A program made the translations under genes and the position numbers. Positions 51,700 through 63,415 of a stretch of DNA of 64,000 nt are shown piece after piece. Each line of letters begins with the position of its first letter. Position 1 is the stretch's first letter. The stretch covers positions 683,778,958-683,842,957 of the forward strand of contig NC_133617.1 in NCBI RefSeq assembly GCF_048593235.1, in the 5' to 3' direction. The notes beneath the pieces are model-generated. The model did not search any database, had not been told where the DNA came from, and worked only from the letters and a program-made list of their open reading frames with translations. Origin of the DNA: Sminthopsis crassicaudata. Taxonomy: Eukaryota.

Positions 51700-52170
51700 A
51701 AATTCAATACGTATTAAGAACCTATTTTCCAGGTGAAGAATATTATGGGAGGATATAAAAACTTATATTAAAACCTAGTCCCTTCCCTCACAGAACTTAT
51801 AGTCTAGTAGAAGGATAATACATTTCTAAATGACTAAATAAGAGAAGTATGAAGTGCTTGGTGGGAAGGATGAGAGAAAAGGTAATTAATTACCAATAAG
51901 AGCTATCACAGAAAGCTTCCTGGAGGAGTGACATTTAAGATAGATTTTAAAGGATGGGATCGGTTTGTATGCAAAAGAAGGCAGGGGGCAGACATGTTAG
52001 TAAGTGGAATAGCATAAATAAACATTGCCAATTAAAGAAACTATATAAAAGGACAGTAGGCAGTCAAATGTGAATGTAGCATTGAGTATTGTGAATAAGG
52101 AGTTATATAGGCCAAACCTGGAAAAGAAGGATAGCACCAACTCATGGATAACTGTGAATATCAACTAAAG
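51700..52170 (-). mobile_element. L2 3' fragment
   Basis: cacagaacttatagtctagtag...agaaagcttcctggaggagtgacattt, a reversed L2 3' region. Confidence 0.65.
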
Positions 52171-52849
52171 GAATATGAACCTCACTTGAAATACAAAAGC
52201 AAGTTTTCTTACAGCCCTCTAACAGCTAGTCTAGTGAGGAGATCAAGTACAACGAAGAAGTCTATTATTATACTAGTCACTTATTTTAGGGCTTCAATTT
52301 TTTCATCTAAAAAAAATAAAGGGTTTGGCTTAGATGATTTTTAAGGTCACTTTCATGCATAAAATACTATAATTTTATGAAACTTCATCAGTAGGGATTC
52401 TAATGGTAGGAAATACGTGGTAAGGTAAGGAGTTTGCAACAGTGGTTTATACATAGATATCATTTGTAAGGCAAGAATTTGGAATTTGAAGATGCTTCTA
52501 CAAGTTCCCTTGCCCACAAGAAACTTACAATTTAGATTTAAAATGTATTCTTGCTAGACCTTCTGCCCTTCTGAACTAAGCCAAAAACTGACTAAAACAT
52601 ATGGCAAGATTTAGATTTATTCATAAGAACATCTCCTCATTACATATTTATTTATTAATTACAGTATTTATTACACAAAAGGAAACACTTTAATTTTGTT
52701 ATTTCATTTGTTATTATTGCTTGAAACAGTCACTTTAATTTAGACAAGAAATTTGAGTTGTGGAAATTACATTTAGAAAGAGAACACTGTCAGCACTATT
52801 ATATCTATTTCTCTCTCTAAAAGTAAAAAAGACTTTTACTAAATCTTAC

Positions 52850-52943
52850 CTTGGTGATTTAAGGCGACTCGGGTAGGCTGTTCTTGGAATCCAGGTTCCA
52901 CTATATCACTCTGACTGTGAGTAGAAGTCTGATCTACCTTGTC
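52850..52943 (-). CDS. GRB10: GRB10 internal coding exon (N-terminal region), 94 nt, phase 0 to phase 1
   Basis: Minus strand reads tttttag|GAC AAG GTA GAT...AAT CAC CAA G|gtaaga and translates as DKVDQTSTHSQSDIVEPGFQEQPTRVALNHQ. This resembles recalled human GRB10 [29 protein letters not shown]. The terminal G joins AT of the next exon to give Asp. The exon is too short for the ORF track. Confidence 0.93.
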
Positions 52944-53534
52944 CTAAAAATCAGAAAAGTCTAATCAAAACATGAATTTCACATTCTCCATGAACTATAA
53001 ACTCTTAGGCATATGTGTGAGATCTTTCCAATGTGTAGATGTATGATCTCATAATGCTAAAAACTACAACTTCAATAATACTTATAGGAACTCATCATCC
53101 CTATATCCTATATCCCGGGTCCTCAGATTTCAAGCAGACCCGCTTGGTAGAACTGATTTGTCCAGGGTACTAGAATAAATAAACTGCTTTTTTCTGGTAC
53201 AAATGGCTTTCTTGAATGAACACTTTAGAAGAATTACTATGAAAAGAATTCAACAAGCAAAGAAGGCAGGGAAGGGCCCGCTGGGCATAGGGAAAAGCAT
53301 AAAATCAACAATAACAATGAACCAAACAATGTACAAAAATCATAGGTAATCAGAAGCTAGGTCTTGCATTCTACTTTCACATTACACATGAGTCTTCTAT
53401 AAAACTAGACATTTTAGGGCAAACCCTGCTTCCACCTAGAACAGATATCTAATAAGAGTAGTAGTCTTAATGAATTTCTTTGACAAAACACTAGAAATTC
53501 AGAAATTTCACATACAAAATCTTTAAATTAATCA

Positions 53535-55330
53535 TCATTTATTAAGTGCTTACTATATGCTAGGCAATATGCTAAATTATATATATATATATATATAAAG
53601 AGTCATGAGACAGTCTTTACCTATAATCTTGCTTATAATCTAAAGGAAGAGAAAATAAGCAAATAAATGCATACAAACAAGTTACATACAAGATGAGTAG
53701 GAAATAATTAACTGGTGAAAGTTAATAGAATTATAGAATTAAAAGGGGATTGGGAAGGCATGTATTCCAGGAATGAAGGAAACAGTCAAATGCTCAGAGC
53801 TTTTTCAATGAAGAGCAAAGAATACAATGTTATTGATCAAAAAGTATGCTTGGGGGAATAAGGTAGAAGTCCAGAAAGTAGGAGGGGATTACTTTATGTA
53901 GTGCTTTGAAAGCTAAACAGAACATTCTGTATTTGATGCCAGATGTGATAGGGAGCCACTAGAGTTTATTAAGACATGATTGGATCTGAGTTTTAGTGGC
54001 TGAATGGAGGATGGACTCGAGAGGGGAAAGACTTGATGCAGGAAGACCCACCAGCACACCATTATGATAATCCATGAGAAAAGAGGAGTCACATTCAATA
54101 GATGCTTCAAAGATCTTGACAACAGATTGGGTGTGAGAAATAGGATGAATGGAAGACAGAATTAGCTATGAGCAATAGTGAGGAGTAAGATTCAAGCCTA
54201 AGGGACTGGGAGGATGGTGTTTGCTCCCCACAGATACAGGGAAGGTTTAGGGAGAAAGATAATTAATGAGTTCTATTTTGGACATATTGAGTTTAAGATG
54301 TCTACTGGGTATCCCGTTCATGTTGTCTGAAAGGTAGATTGGAGATCAGAAGAGAGCTTGGGGTGGGACAGGTAGATTCGAGAATCATCAGCATAGAGAT
54401 GGTAATTAAACCCATGTTAGCTAATGAAATTACCAAAGGGAGTAGAGAAGAAGAGGACTCAGGATAGAATCCTGTATCCACCGATGGCTAAAGGGCACAA
54501 TCTGGGTGAGATCCAGTAAGGAAGGTAGGAAGGAGTGGTCACTTGCAAACCTAAAAACCTAAAGGGAAAGGATGATCCACAGTGTCATTGGCTGCAGAAG
54601 GAGAAGAGAATGAACACTGAGAAAAAACTTGGGATTTGTCAAGTAAGGGATCATTGACAACTCTGGAGAGAACAGTTGTGGTAGAATGACCAAGTTGGAA
54701 GTGAGGAAAGTGGAATTTAACTACAAAAGACAGAGTTAGGACAATAGTTATTAGGGATGGAAGTTAGGGTCTTTTCCAAATAGGGGAGACACGGGCAGAA
54801 GGGAATGAACCAACATCAGAAGGCAGACTGAAAAGAAATCATTAAAAAGTCTCAATGATTGAGGGGGCTTTTGAACGAGACAGGATAAAATGGGACTACT
54901 TGGGTGAGTAGATGGGTTAGCTTTGGCAAAGTGTAAAGCAACCTCTCCTTGGGAGATAGGAGTCATGAAGAAGGAAGTGATGGTAGAAGGCATGTAAGTG
55001 ATAAGATGGGATGAAGGGGGAAAGAGGGAGCTAATGGGGATAGACTAATTTTTTTCTGTAAAATACAGTTTCTCTGAAAGGATGAGGGGCCAAAAAAAAG
55101 TTTGAGGAAAGATGAAAATGTTGAGAAAAGCTGCCGTGGAGAGTAGGGTTGATATGAGAGGTACAGAAGGATTCACCCACCCATATTCATTCAACAGCAC
55201 ATGTGTGAATGGTGGAAGGGATCCAAGGCTGAGACTTGGCCAGATACAATCAGTGAAATGATGAAATAACATAGAGTTGAATTGGCTCACCCATATATGA
55301 ATAAGTACAATGCCTCTCAGATAACTGGAT
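53535..55330 (-). mobile_element. Long L2 remnant (about 1.8 kb)
   Basis: Starts at the reversed L2 terminus catttattaagtgcttactatatgctagg. atcatcagcata at 54384-54395 reads TAT GCT GAT GAT (YADD) on the minus strand. Confidence 0.85.
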
Positions 55331-55864
55331 GAGAATCAAAAGTGGAGGCAAAATGTTCTTAGTTGAAGGGGATGTGAAAATATATTGAGATGCAAGGATT
55401 ATAAAGATTTTAAAGTAGTAGTAATATGAATTAATAATAAAATCTGGCTTTAATATAGAGCTTTAAGGTTTGAAGAGTGCTTTATATGCTAATCTCTTTG
55501 GACCCTGACAATTCAGCAAAAAAGGAGTTATCATTTGCATTTAAAGACAAGGAAACTGAAGCATGGAGAGGTTATTTAGTGACTTGACCAATGCCATACC
55601 ATGACCTCCTAGCCATAGAGCAGCAGAACATGAGGATGACATAGTAGAAGTAGGAACCCCTGGAACAGAAAGGCTAGGGCCTAATTGTGACTCTACTATT
55701 TACCAATTGAATGGCCTTAAACAAATTTTTTTGATTTCTCTGAGTGGAAACCTATTATCTATCAAATGGAAAACCTAATACTTGCAACATACACCACACT
55801 GGGTTGTTGGGTTACAAGATCGTCATTCTGCAAAACCTTTACTTATTTGTTACAATAATTTTTT

Positions 55865-56110
55865 CCTCTAGGATGGGGCAGAGTAAGAAAGAAAAAAAAG
55901 TTTGTCTTAGGGAAGGGAGGAAGACATGCGGTAAGGAGAGAGTGAATTCCAGGCAAGAAGGAAACTGTGTAAAGGTGTAAAGATGGGGAGAAGGAAAAAT
56001 AGTTGAAAAGTAGCATGTGTGGCTGGATTGGAAAAGATGTAAAGGAAAGTGTAATTTATAACAAAACTGGAAAAGCAAATTGGAACTCACTTTTGAAGGA
56101 CCCTACATTT
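55865..56110 (-). mobile_element. L2 fragment
   Basis: Purine-rich reversed L2 segment (gagagtgaattccaggcaag...gtgtggctggattgg). Confidence 0.55.
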
Positions 56111-59100
56111 GAAATGAAGGAATTTATGTTCAACTAGAAGTATTAAGAGTTCTAAGGTCCTGGTCCACAATCCCATATGAAATAATCCACATACTTATAA
56201 ATTATCCTCGTGAGGCTGCTATGTTCTAATCCACTCCAGAAGATGTCTTGGAATAACTAAGAATTCATGTGAAAGTAGGAGTGAACTTGCCTAATGTTTC
56301 CTCTGACCTCTATGCCTGTCTCATGCCCAGAATGGATATATCCAGACACTAATATCTTCCTGCACACACCCAAAAGGACATTCCTTATCTGGAGTTCACT
56401 TCTCCGGAGAAGTCAATTATCAAGAACAAAGAGAAAACTAGCAAGGTGAGCAAAAAAGACCTCTGAACAACCAAAGCCAGTGTCATAAAGTCCAAGCACT
56501 AAAGTTCATGCACTGACCTCATAAGTTGCTCTCTTAACATCACTTTATTCAGAGCCTATTTATTATTACTTTACACAAAATCTTAAAAAGTTTACTGATT
56601 TCTCAGCTCATTGTGACACAGAAGTAGTTAGAGATGCTAAGATGCTAGAGAAGAAGAAATACTGAGAGCAGCAAGGATGAATGTGTAATATCATAATTAA
56701 AGAAATTAAGCAAATATCACAATACCATAATTAGAGCTATTTTCTGATGTGCCAAGAGGCCCACCACACTAGTAAAGTGGTATGGAAACATATACATATA
56801 TATATATATATATAATATTTTATATTTTACATAATATAAAATATTTCTATAATATATAGTTATATAACATAATATATACTATAAAATCTAATATAAAATA
56901 TATTATATTTTTGCCCTCTAGACTCTAAAGACCATGTGACTCTTCCTTTTCTTTGCCTCACATGAATCTGAACTCTCCTTTATGTGTTTTCTCCCCTAAT
57001 AATAACATTAACAACTTTAACCGCAGAGGGTTTCCACTTTCACCCCCCAAAATTTAACAGAGTATTCAGCAAAAGTAAGCACTTAATGGACTTTCATCCC
57101 ATTCAATTCTATTTCAGTAACAGCCATCCAGTAAAGTAAGTGCTATCATTATCCCTATTTTACTGAGGAGGATACTTTGGGACTGGGAAATTTCAATGGC
57201 CTGCCCAGTATCCCATAAATAGCAAATATTGGAAGCAAGATTTCAACGGTGAGCCACCCCAAATCTGGGTCAAGTATCCTTTCTACTAAGCTACATTACC
57301 CTCCCTCTTAAAAAAAGTCTATAGATTAAGTAGATAACAATGACATGTACCACAAAGAAGAAGAAATATGAAATAGCCAGATTAAGCTAGGGCCAAATTG
57401 CACTCTCCCTTCCCCTCGCCTGTCTCTCCCCCCATTATAAATTCTTTTTTTTTTTCAGAAACTCTTACTTCCCTCAAGAAGTCCCAGTTCACCCTAATTC
57501 ACAAAGTTCTGCCAAAGTTCCCTGAGTTACTGTCAAAGACCAAGAGGTGGATTTGGCAAATTATTCTGGAATTCTATGTAAGAGGTATGACGAATTCCTA
57601 ATTTGTCTATAAACACAACTATTTTTTTCCAGGCCACACCTATGATTTCATTCAGTCAGCAGGTTCTCAGTTGCTGATCAACTTAAACTTCTTAGAGAAA
57701 TGCCAGAAGATCTGAGCCCTTAAAGGCTTTGTCTATTATCCCATTTAAAGAATGTGTCCACAAATGCTGGACCTGAATCCAGGTTTTCCCTAAATGAAAA
57801 TGGCTTTACCATTTTTCTCTACCAGTTTGCATTGTCTTTCAACTACCAACTCTAAAAGGATATTCTAAAAATAACCATGAGTTATGGTTCAGAAGTATCA
57901 TCTTGAAAAATCAGGAAAGGGGAAATCACATTGTTTTGTTTTGTTTTGAAAGGGGACAGATTTAATGTCAGAGAGTATCTTTCAAAGCAGTATAGAGTCA
58001 CAAGGAGAAAAATGTGGCTCCTGTGTCATTTAAAAGATTTTTCACAATGCCTGGAAGGTTAAGTACAACTATTTATATAAGGTCTTAGTTCCAAGACAAA
58101 TCATGGCCCCTTGCCAGGTGCCAAAGAATCAAAAACTGGACACTGGGGCAAGGTTAAAAGTTGTGTTATTGTTATAAGTTGGGATTCTTTTAAAGGGACA
58201 GTCTTTGTCAGTTTGTTTGGCTCTCAAAAAAAGCAGAACAGAAATCTTTGGTTTCAAATCCATTTTCAGGAAGAAAAAAAAAACAAAACCAACAAGAACT
58301 CCTGCCTTTTAGAGTTCTGAAGTGCCTTCTTTCTATATGGATGTGGGTAGCAGATTTCTTCCCCCCAAAAAAGCATTCAGTTATCTCTTCTACTCTAAGG
58401 CTAATTATCCTCTTGAATCTGGAAGAGCTGGTGCAGGATACCTCTGAGAAGAAGCAAGAAAATGATAAGCTTACTTGGTCAGCACCTTATCCTGAGTCAG
58501 CTCCTAAGAGGCAGTAGAATAGAACAAAATAAGCATTCCATTTGGAGTTAAAAGGACTTGTCTGGCCTGACGTTCTCTTGGGGTCTCTGTTTATTCATGT
58601 AGGAAGGCATCCTTATTATCCCCAATTTATAGGTGAGGAAGTTGAGGGTCCTAGGATTATAGATTTGAAGCTGGAAGTGAAAAGAACACTGCACCTCATG
58701 TTAGAAAGACCAGAGTTCAAATCCTATTTCAGATAATTGCTTCCAGGGTGAATTTTTTAAAAAATTAAATAACAAACCCCTAATAAATATAACCTTTGAA
58801 TTTTGGGTAAACTTTTCATCATATGCATTTTCTATACTTTTAAAAAAATGGAATAAAAATTTAAAATACTTATCAGGCAAACATGAAAAGACAATGTATT
58901 TTGTGCAAAGAACTAGTTTTCATCTTTTCTTCTTTCTTCCTAAACTTTAAACTTGTCTGCCTTTTTAATCCCACAGAGTTTTGGACTTCCCCCTTCCCCA
59001 CTTTAAAGTGAATCAGTAAAGCTAAAATGATATCTCCTTTTCTGAATTTCTCATGGCTTATTCCCGTCCTTTTTTTAGGTCCTTATTAGAGCCTAACTTG

Positions 59101-59902
59101 TACAGGTATGCCAAACATCACAAATGATTCTGCAAAAACCTGCTATTAGGCATAAAAAAAGTTATAGGGAACAGTTACTTTAGGAGGCTCCATGTTACAA
59201 CTGAACAATGGTGGTAAAGCAAGATTCCAAAATTTTATAATAGGATGTACAATTGATGCAATGGAAAATAGCTTCATTTGGGATAAGCTAATGTTGCATT
59301 TTCCTGTATCCTAATTATTGGTTCATTTACTCAGATTGCCTTTCTTGTCCATAAAACTATTAGAATAGAAAATGTGTTATTTATCATTCCTGTGTTCTGA
59401 GTGTTTAGAACTAAGTCACATGAAACACAGGAGTCTCCTGATAAATACCAAAAGAAGAAAATGTAAGAAATATTAGAAGCTTCTGTAACTGTTTTCATAG
59501 TCTCTGTTAATAAAGCTGTTTAAAAATGGAGGAATCACTTTTTTTTTTAAATGTCAAGAGTCAAATTGTATCCTTTGAATTATATTCGGTCAGCCCTGAA
59601 TCACCTAGTGCACTTGGTATTTTGAGTGCAAAATTGTTAAATGGTCATGTCACGCTGTTCTTTCAGAGTTATGAAATGACCCTGGTTGGTACTACTTCTG
59701 AAAATTCTGGTAACAATTTAGTGGTAGGTCATCAAAAGTCAAAGCAATATTTTTTAAACCTAGTCTAAAGAGTTACATGAATATGTTGTCTAAATATATG
59801 TATACATATATAAATATAGATAAATCTCACATTCACCCAAAAAAACCATAATTTTTTCCCCACACAATTAATTGGACAACTGAGAAGCTTAAATTTGTGC
59901 CC

Positions 59903-59921
59903 GAATGACATCTAGTGGCAA
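59903..59921 (-). promoter_or_regulatory. Candidate CTCF-binding motif
   Basis: Minus strand TTGCCACTAGATGTCATTC, with core GCCACTAGATG intact. Confidence 0.35.
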
Positions 59922-60014
59922 AACAAGGTAATTCTAAGTTATAAATCTTAGAGGAGGGAGAAAGAGGAAGCAACAGAAGGGGAAAGAGAGATGGAATAAG
60001 AATATTTAGCAAAA

Positions 60015-61130
60015 TATTTGACTATCAATGTCCTTTCTTAAAAATTAATGATCATTCCAATTGATTAATGATGGACAGAACCAGCTACATCCAGAAAAGG
60101 AACACTGGGAAATGAATGTAAACTGTTATTTTTACTTTCTGAATCCAATTCTTCCTGTGCAACAAAAAATTCGGTTCTACACACATATATTGTATCTAAA
60201 TTATATTACTGTACTGTAATATATTTAACATATATAAGACTGCTTGCCATCTGGGGGAGGGGGTTGGGGGAGGAAGGGAAAAAATCTGAATAGAAGTAAG
60301 TGCAAGGGATAATGTTGTAAAAAATTACCCATGAATATGTACTGTCAAAAAATGTTATAATTATAAAATAAAATTAAAAATTTAAAAAAAAAAAAAAAAG
60401 CAAAAATAAAAAAAAAAATAAAAAAAAATAAAAATTAATGATCAGAACTAAACACAATGAGCCAGATATGTTCTGACCAGACCCAAGTAGGTATTATCAT
60501 CTCCCTTAGAAGATGGCTTCTCTTGATGCAGCCTAAGTCAACATGGCTCTTATGACTTGTTCTATCACATTGTTGACTTGTACGGAGTTTGCAATTCACA
60601 GAAACCCCAGATTTCCCCCAAATAAACTCCCCATTAACCGAACTTCATACTTCCCCCTTAATAAATACTTGTTGATTCATATCTTGTACTTGTAAAGCTC
60701 ATTTCCTGAATGCAAGTTTAAGAATTTGGCATCGATCCCCATTAAATTTCATTTTATTAGATATATCCCAACATACTTGTGTATGGAGATCATTATGGAG
60801 TCAGCCTGTGTACTAACTTTCTTCTGGCTTTGTGTCATTGTCAAATTGGAGAAATAGACCTGTTATTCCTTAACCAAGGAAGAGTTGGATATTAATTTTA
60901 AAAATGCTAAGCTACAATTCAGGACTCAAAATAGATGCTCAGGGCACTGAATCTATGACCTTCCTTCAAGCTGATACAAAGCCAGTTGGATCAGATTGCT
61001 CACCTAGGTCAAATCTAACTAAATCTGATAGCTCTCTCTCTTCTCTATAAGGATAACATGAGAGGATTTACCCAGATTTCATCAAAGGACCTGACAAACT
61101 CTATATATAGGATGTTCCTGATCTAGCAAT
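60015..61130 (-). mobile_element. L3/CR1 LINE remnant, interrupted by the L1 at 60055-60429
   Basis: Reversed CR1 motifs: tatcaatgtcctttctt...cagaactaaacacaa, ctcttgatgcagcctaag and ctttgtgtcattgtcaaatt (KFxxDTK-like RT motif). Confidence 0.75.
60055..60429 (+). mobile_element. Young 5'-truncated L1 3' UTR with poly(A) and perfect 15-bp TSD
   Basis: TSD aaaaattaatgatca at 60040-60054 and 60430-60444, preceded by tt (L1 endonuclease TT/AAAA site). It has a long A-rich tail and a G-rich tract at 60253-60278. Confidence 0.93.
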
Positions 61131-61135
61131 CCTGA

Positions 61136-61280
61136 AAGAGGAGATGGGGAGAAGAGAAGGAGCAAAGGAGGAGAGAAGAAGAGAAAAAGAAGGTGAGAGA
61201 AGGAGAGGAGAAAAGAGGAGAGGAATAGAAAAAGGAGAAAAGGAGAAGAGGGGAAGAGAGGGAAAGGAAAAGGAGAACGG
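61136..61280. repeat. Polypurine (GA-rich) low-complexity tract
   Basis: About 140 nt of almost only A/G. It explains ORF 61144..61392. Confidence 0.9.
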
Positions 61281-61669
61281 GCTTTATCATGAATTGGAGG
61301 GGGGGATACAGGATGTGGGAAAATTTTCTACTACTTTCTTTTGCTCATTCACTACATCTGCTGCTGTCTTGCAATTCAAAGAATCCCATTAGGATTAGGG
61401 ACTATTTTTAACAATCAGTCACCTACATGAGCTGTGTGGTCTTGATCACAGGATCATACTTAGATCAGAGCTGGACTTTAGGGGTCAACTCTCTCATTTT
61501 ACAGATAAGAAGACTAATTTACCCAAGATCACAGAGCCAGGATTCAAAACCAAGTGCTGAGTCTCTAATCAATGTACCTTTTACTATGTACCTTGTTGCC
61601 TCTCTCATAATGCCCTGGAGGACTAAATAATATTTTTATCTCTGTCATTTCAGCACACAGGAAGCACTT

Positions 61670-61900
61670 ACTAAATGCAAAGTGAACAGAACCAGGAGAA
61701 CAATTTGTACAATAACAAGGAAAAACAACAACTTTGAAAAACTTAAGAACTTCTCATCAGTGCCATAATCAACTATGATTCCAGAGTTATAGATATTGGT
61801 GAGCTGTGTTAACCAGTTCCTGACAGAAAAGGAATAGACTTAAGTGGCAAAATGAAACATAAATTTTCAGAGCCAATGTGAGGATTTTTTTTAATTACAT
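61670..61900 (+). mobile_element. Old L1 3' UTR fragment
   Basis: aagtgaacagaaccaggagaacaatttgtacaataac...caactatgattccaga. Confidence 0.6.
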
Positions 61901-62398
61901 ACATTACAAAAGCTTTGAGATAGTGGTGCTATAGTTTGGTGATATTCCATTATATTTGCATATCACAAATTGTTGCATTGTATATATTTTTAAATAGTAA
62001 TTTTACTGTTTACTGAGAAGCTATATAGACCACTGAAAAGAGTATTAATCTCAAAGCCAGGAAAACCTGTTTCATGTCCCTCCTCTGATACAGAACGGGC
62101 AAGTCACTTTATCTGATAGGGTTACTGGCAACTAACTCCCTAAGACTAAATAAATCTCAAAAGAAGGAGGAGGGGACTGATCCACACTGGTAGAAGGAAC
62201 TGTCTCCCTGGCAGTTCCTTAAACCAATTAAATCTCAGGTCCAATCCCTATCCCTGTTAGATGACATATATAGATCACCTCAACCTATGGGGGTGCTACA
62301 GCATCTCTAACATGAGTTAATTGTTAATTTTCATGTGAGCATGTATCTCTACAAGCTATAAATTAGAGCTTGATTTATTATTTTATGGATGGTATAGA

Positions 62399-63415
62399 CC
62401 AGAAGTATCAAATACACAGGGAAGTCAAAAAATTAGACTAAAATGTAATTGGAATACATTCCCTTTTGCTACTACTGGGTGTCCATCCCAAAGAAATCAA
62501 AAGAGGGAAAAGGACCCACATGTGCAAAAATGTTTATAGCAGCTCTGCCTATGGTGGCAAAGAAATTGGGAAATGAGTGGATGCCTATCAATTGGGGAAT
62601 GGCTGAACTCAGATTTCATAAGTTATGGTATATGAAATAAAATATGATATATGAATATAGTGAAATATTATTGTTCTATTAAAAACGATTTTAGATTTTA
62701 GAAAATCCTGGAAAGATGTACATGAACTGTCACTGAGTGAAACAAGCAGAACTAGGAAAACATTGTACCCAGCAACAATAAGATTATGTGATGTTCAACT
62801 GTGATAGATTTGATTCTCCTCAGCAATTCAGTAATCCAAGGCAATGCCAATAAACTTTGGATGGAAAACGCCATGTGCATCCAGAGAAAGAACTATGGAG
62901 ACTGAATGTGAATCAACACATACTAGTTTCACCTTTTTTTTTTTCTCTTGAGGTTTTTCTTTTGCTCTGATATTTCTCTTCCAATGTGACTTATAATGAA
63001 AATATGTAAAAAATGTACGTGTATAATCTAAAAAAATTAATAATACAAAAGTATAAAAAATTTTAAAAGAAATAACATTAATATAAAAATGTAATTGGGA
63101 AATAATTAACAAAATAAATAAAAATAAAACAATATGAATAATGTTAACATGTGATTTTCTTTTTCTTCATAATATTTTCCCATTACATGTAAAAATGCAA
63201 TTTTTAACATTCATTTTTAAAATAAAACTTTGAATTTTAAATTTTCTTCCTCTATAAAATAGTAATCAATTTGACACAGCCTGCATATCTACAATCATGT
63301 AAAAGCTACTTCTATATTAGTTGTAATGCGATTTTCTGAGCTGATATGTGATCCACAAGGATCCTTACATAGGGATTTAATAAATCCCTTTTCTATCTGG
63401 ATTTGACACCTCTAG
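62399..63415 (+). mobile_element. hAT-like MITE copy 3, split by L1 insertion(s)
   Basis: The 5' part ccagaagtatcaaa...aaaatgtaattgg resumes at 63086 as aaaatgtaattgggaaata...aataaaaata and ends ggatccttacat...tttgacacctc. Confidence 0.65.
62453..63085 (+). mobile_element. L1 3' end inserted into the MITE
   Basis: ORF-track 62449..62640 (KGPTCAKMFIAAL...KLWYM) is the L1 ORF2 C-terminus. TSD aaaatgtaattgg at 62440-62452 and 63086-63098. Confidence 0.9.

Larger units (their letters stand above)
12420..52849 (-). other. GRB10: GRB10 intron (40,430 nt, GT-AG)
   Basis: Donor gtaaga at 52849 and acceptor ttttcag at 12420. The flanking exons join in frame (CAA G|AT GAC). Confidence 0.9.

Noticed and set aside
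58475-58494. CAG GAT AAG GTG (QDKV) as a duplicated copy of the GRB10 Q|DKV exon junction
   Set aside because: Only 12 nt match and similarity stops immediately afterwards, so it is most likely coincidence.
61144-61392. Charged R/E/K-rich ORF as a real protein
   Set aside because: It is simply the translation of a polypurine simple-sequence tract.
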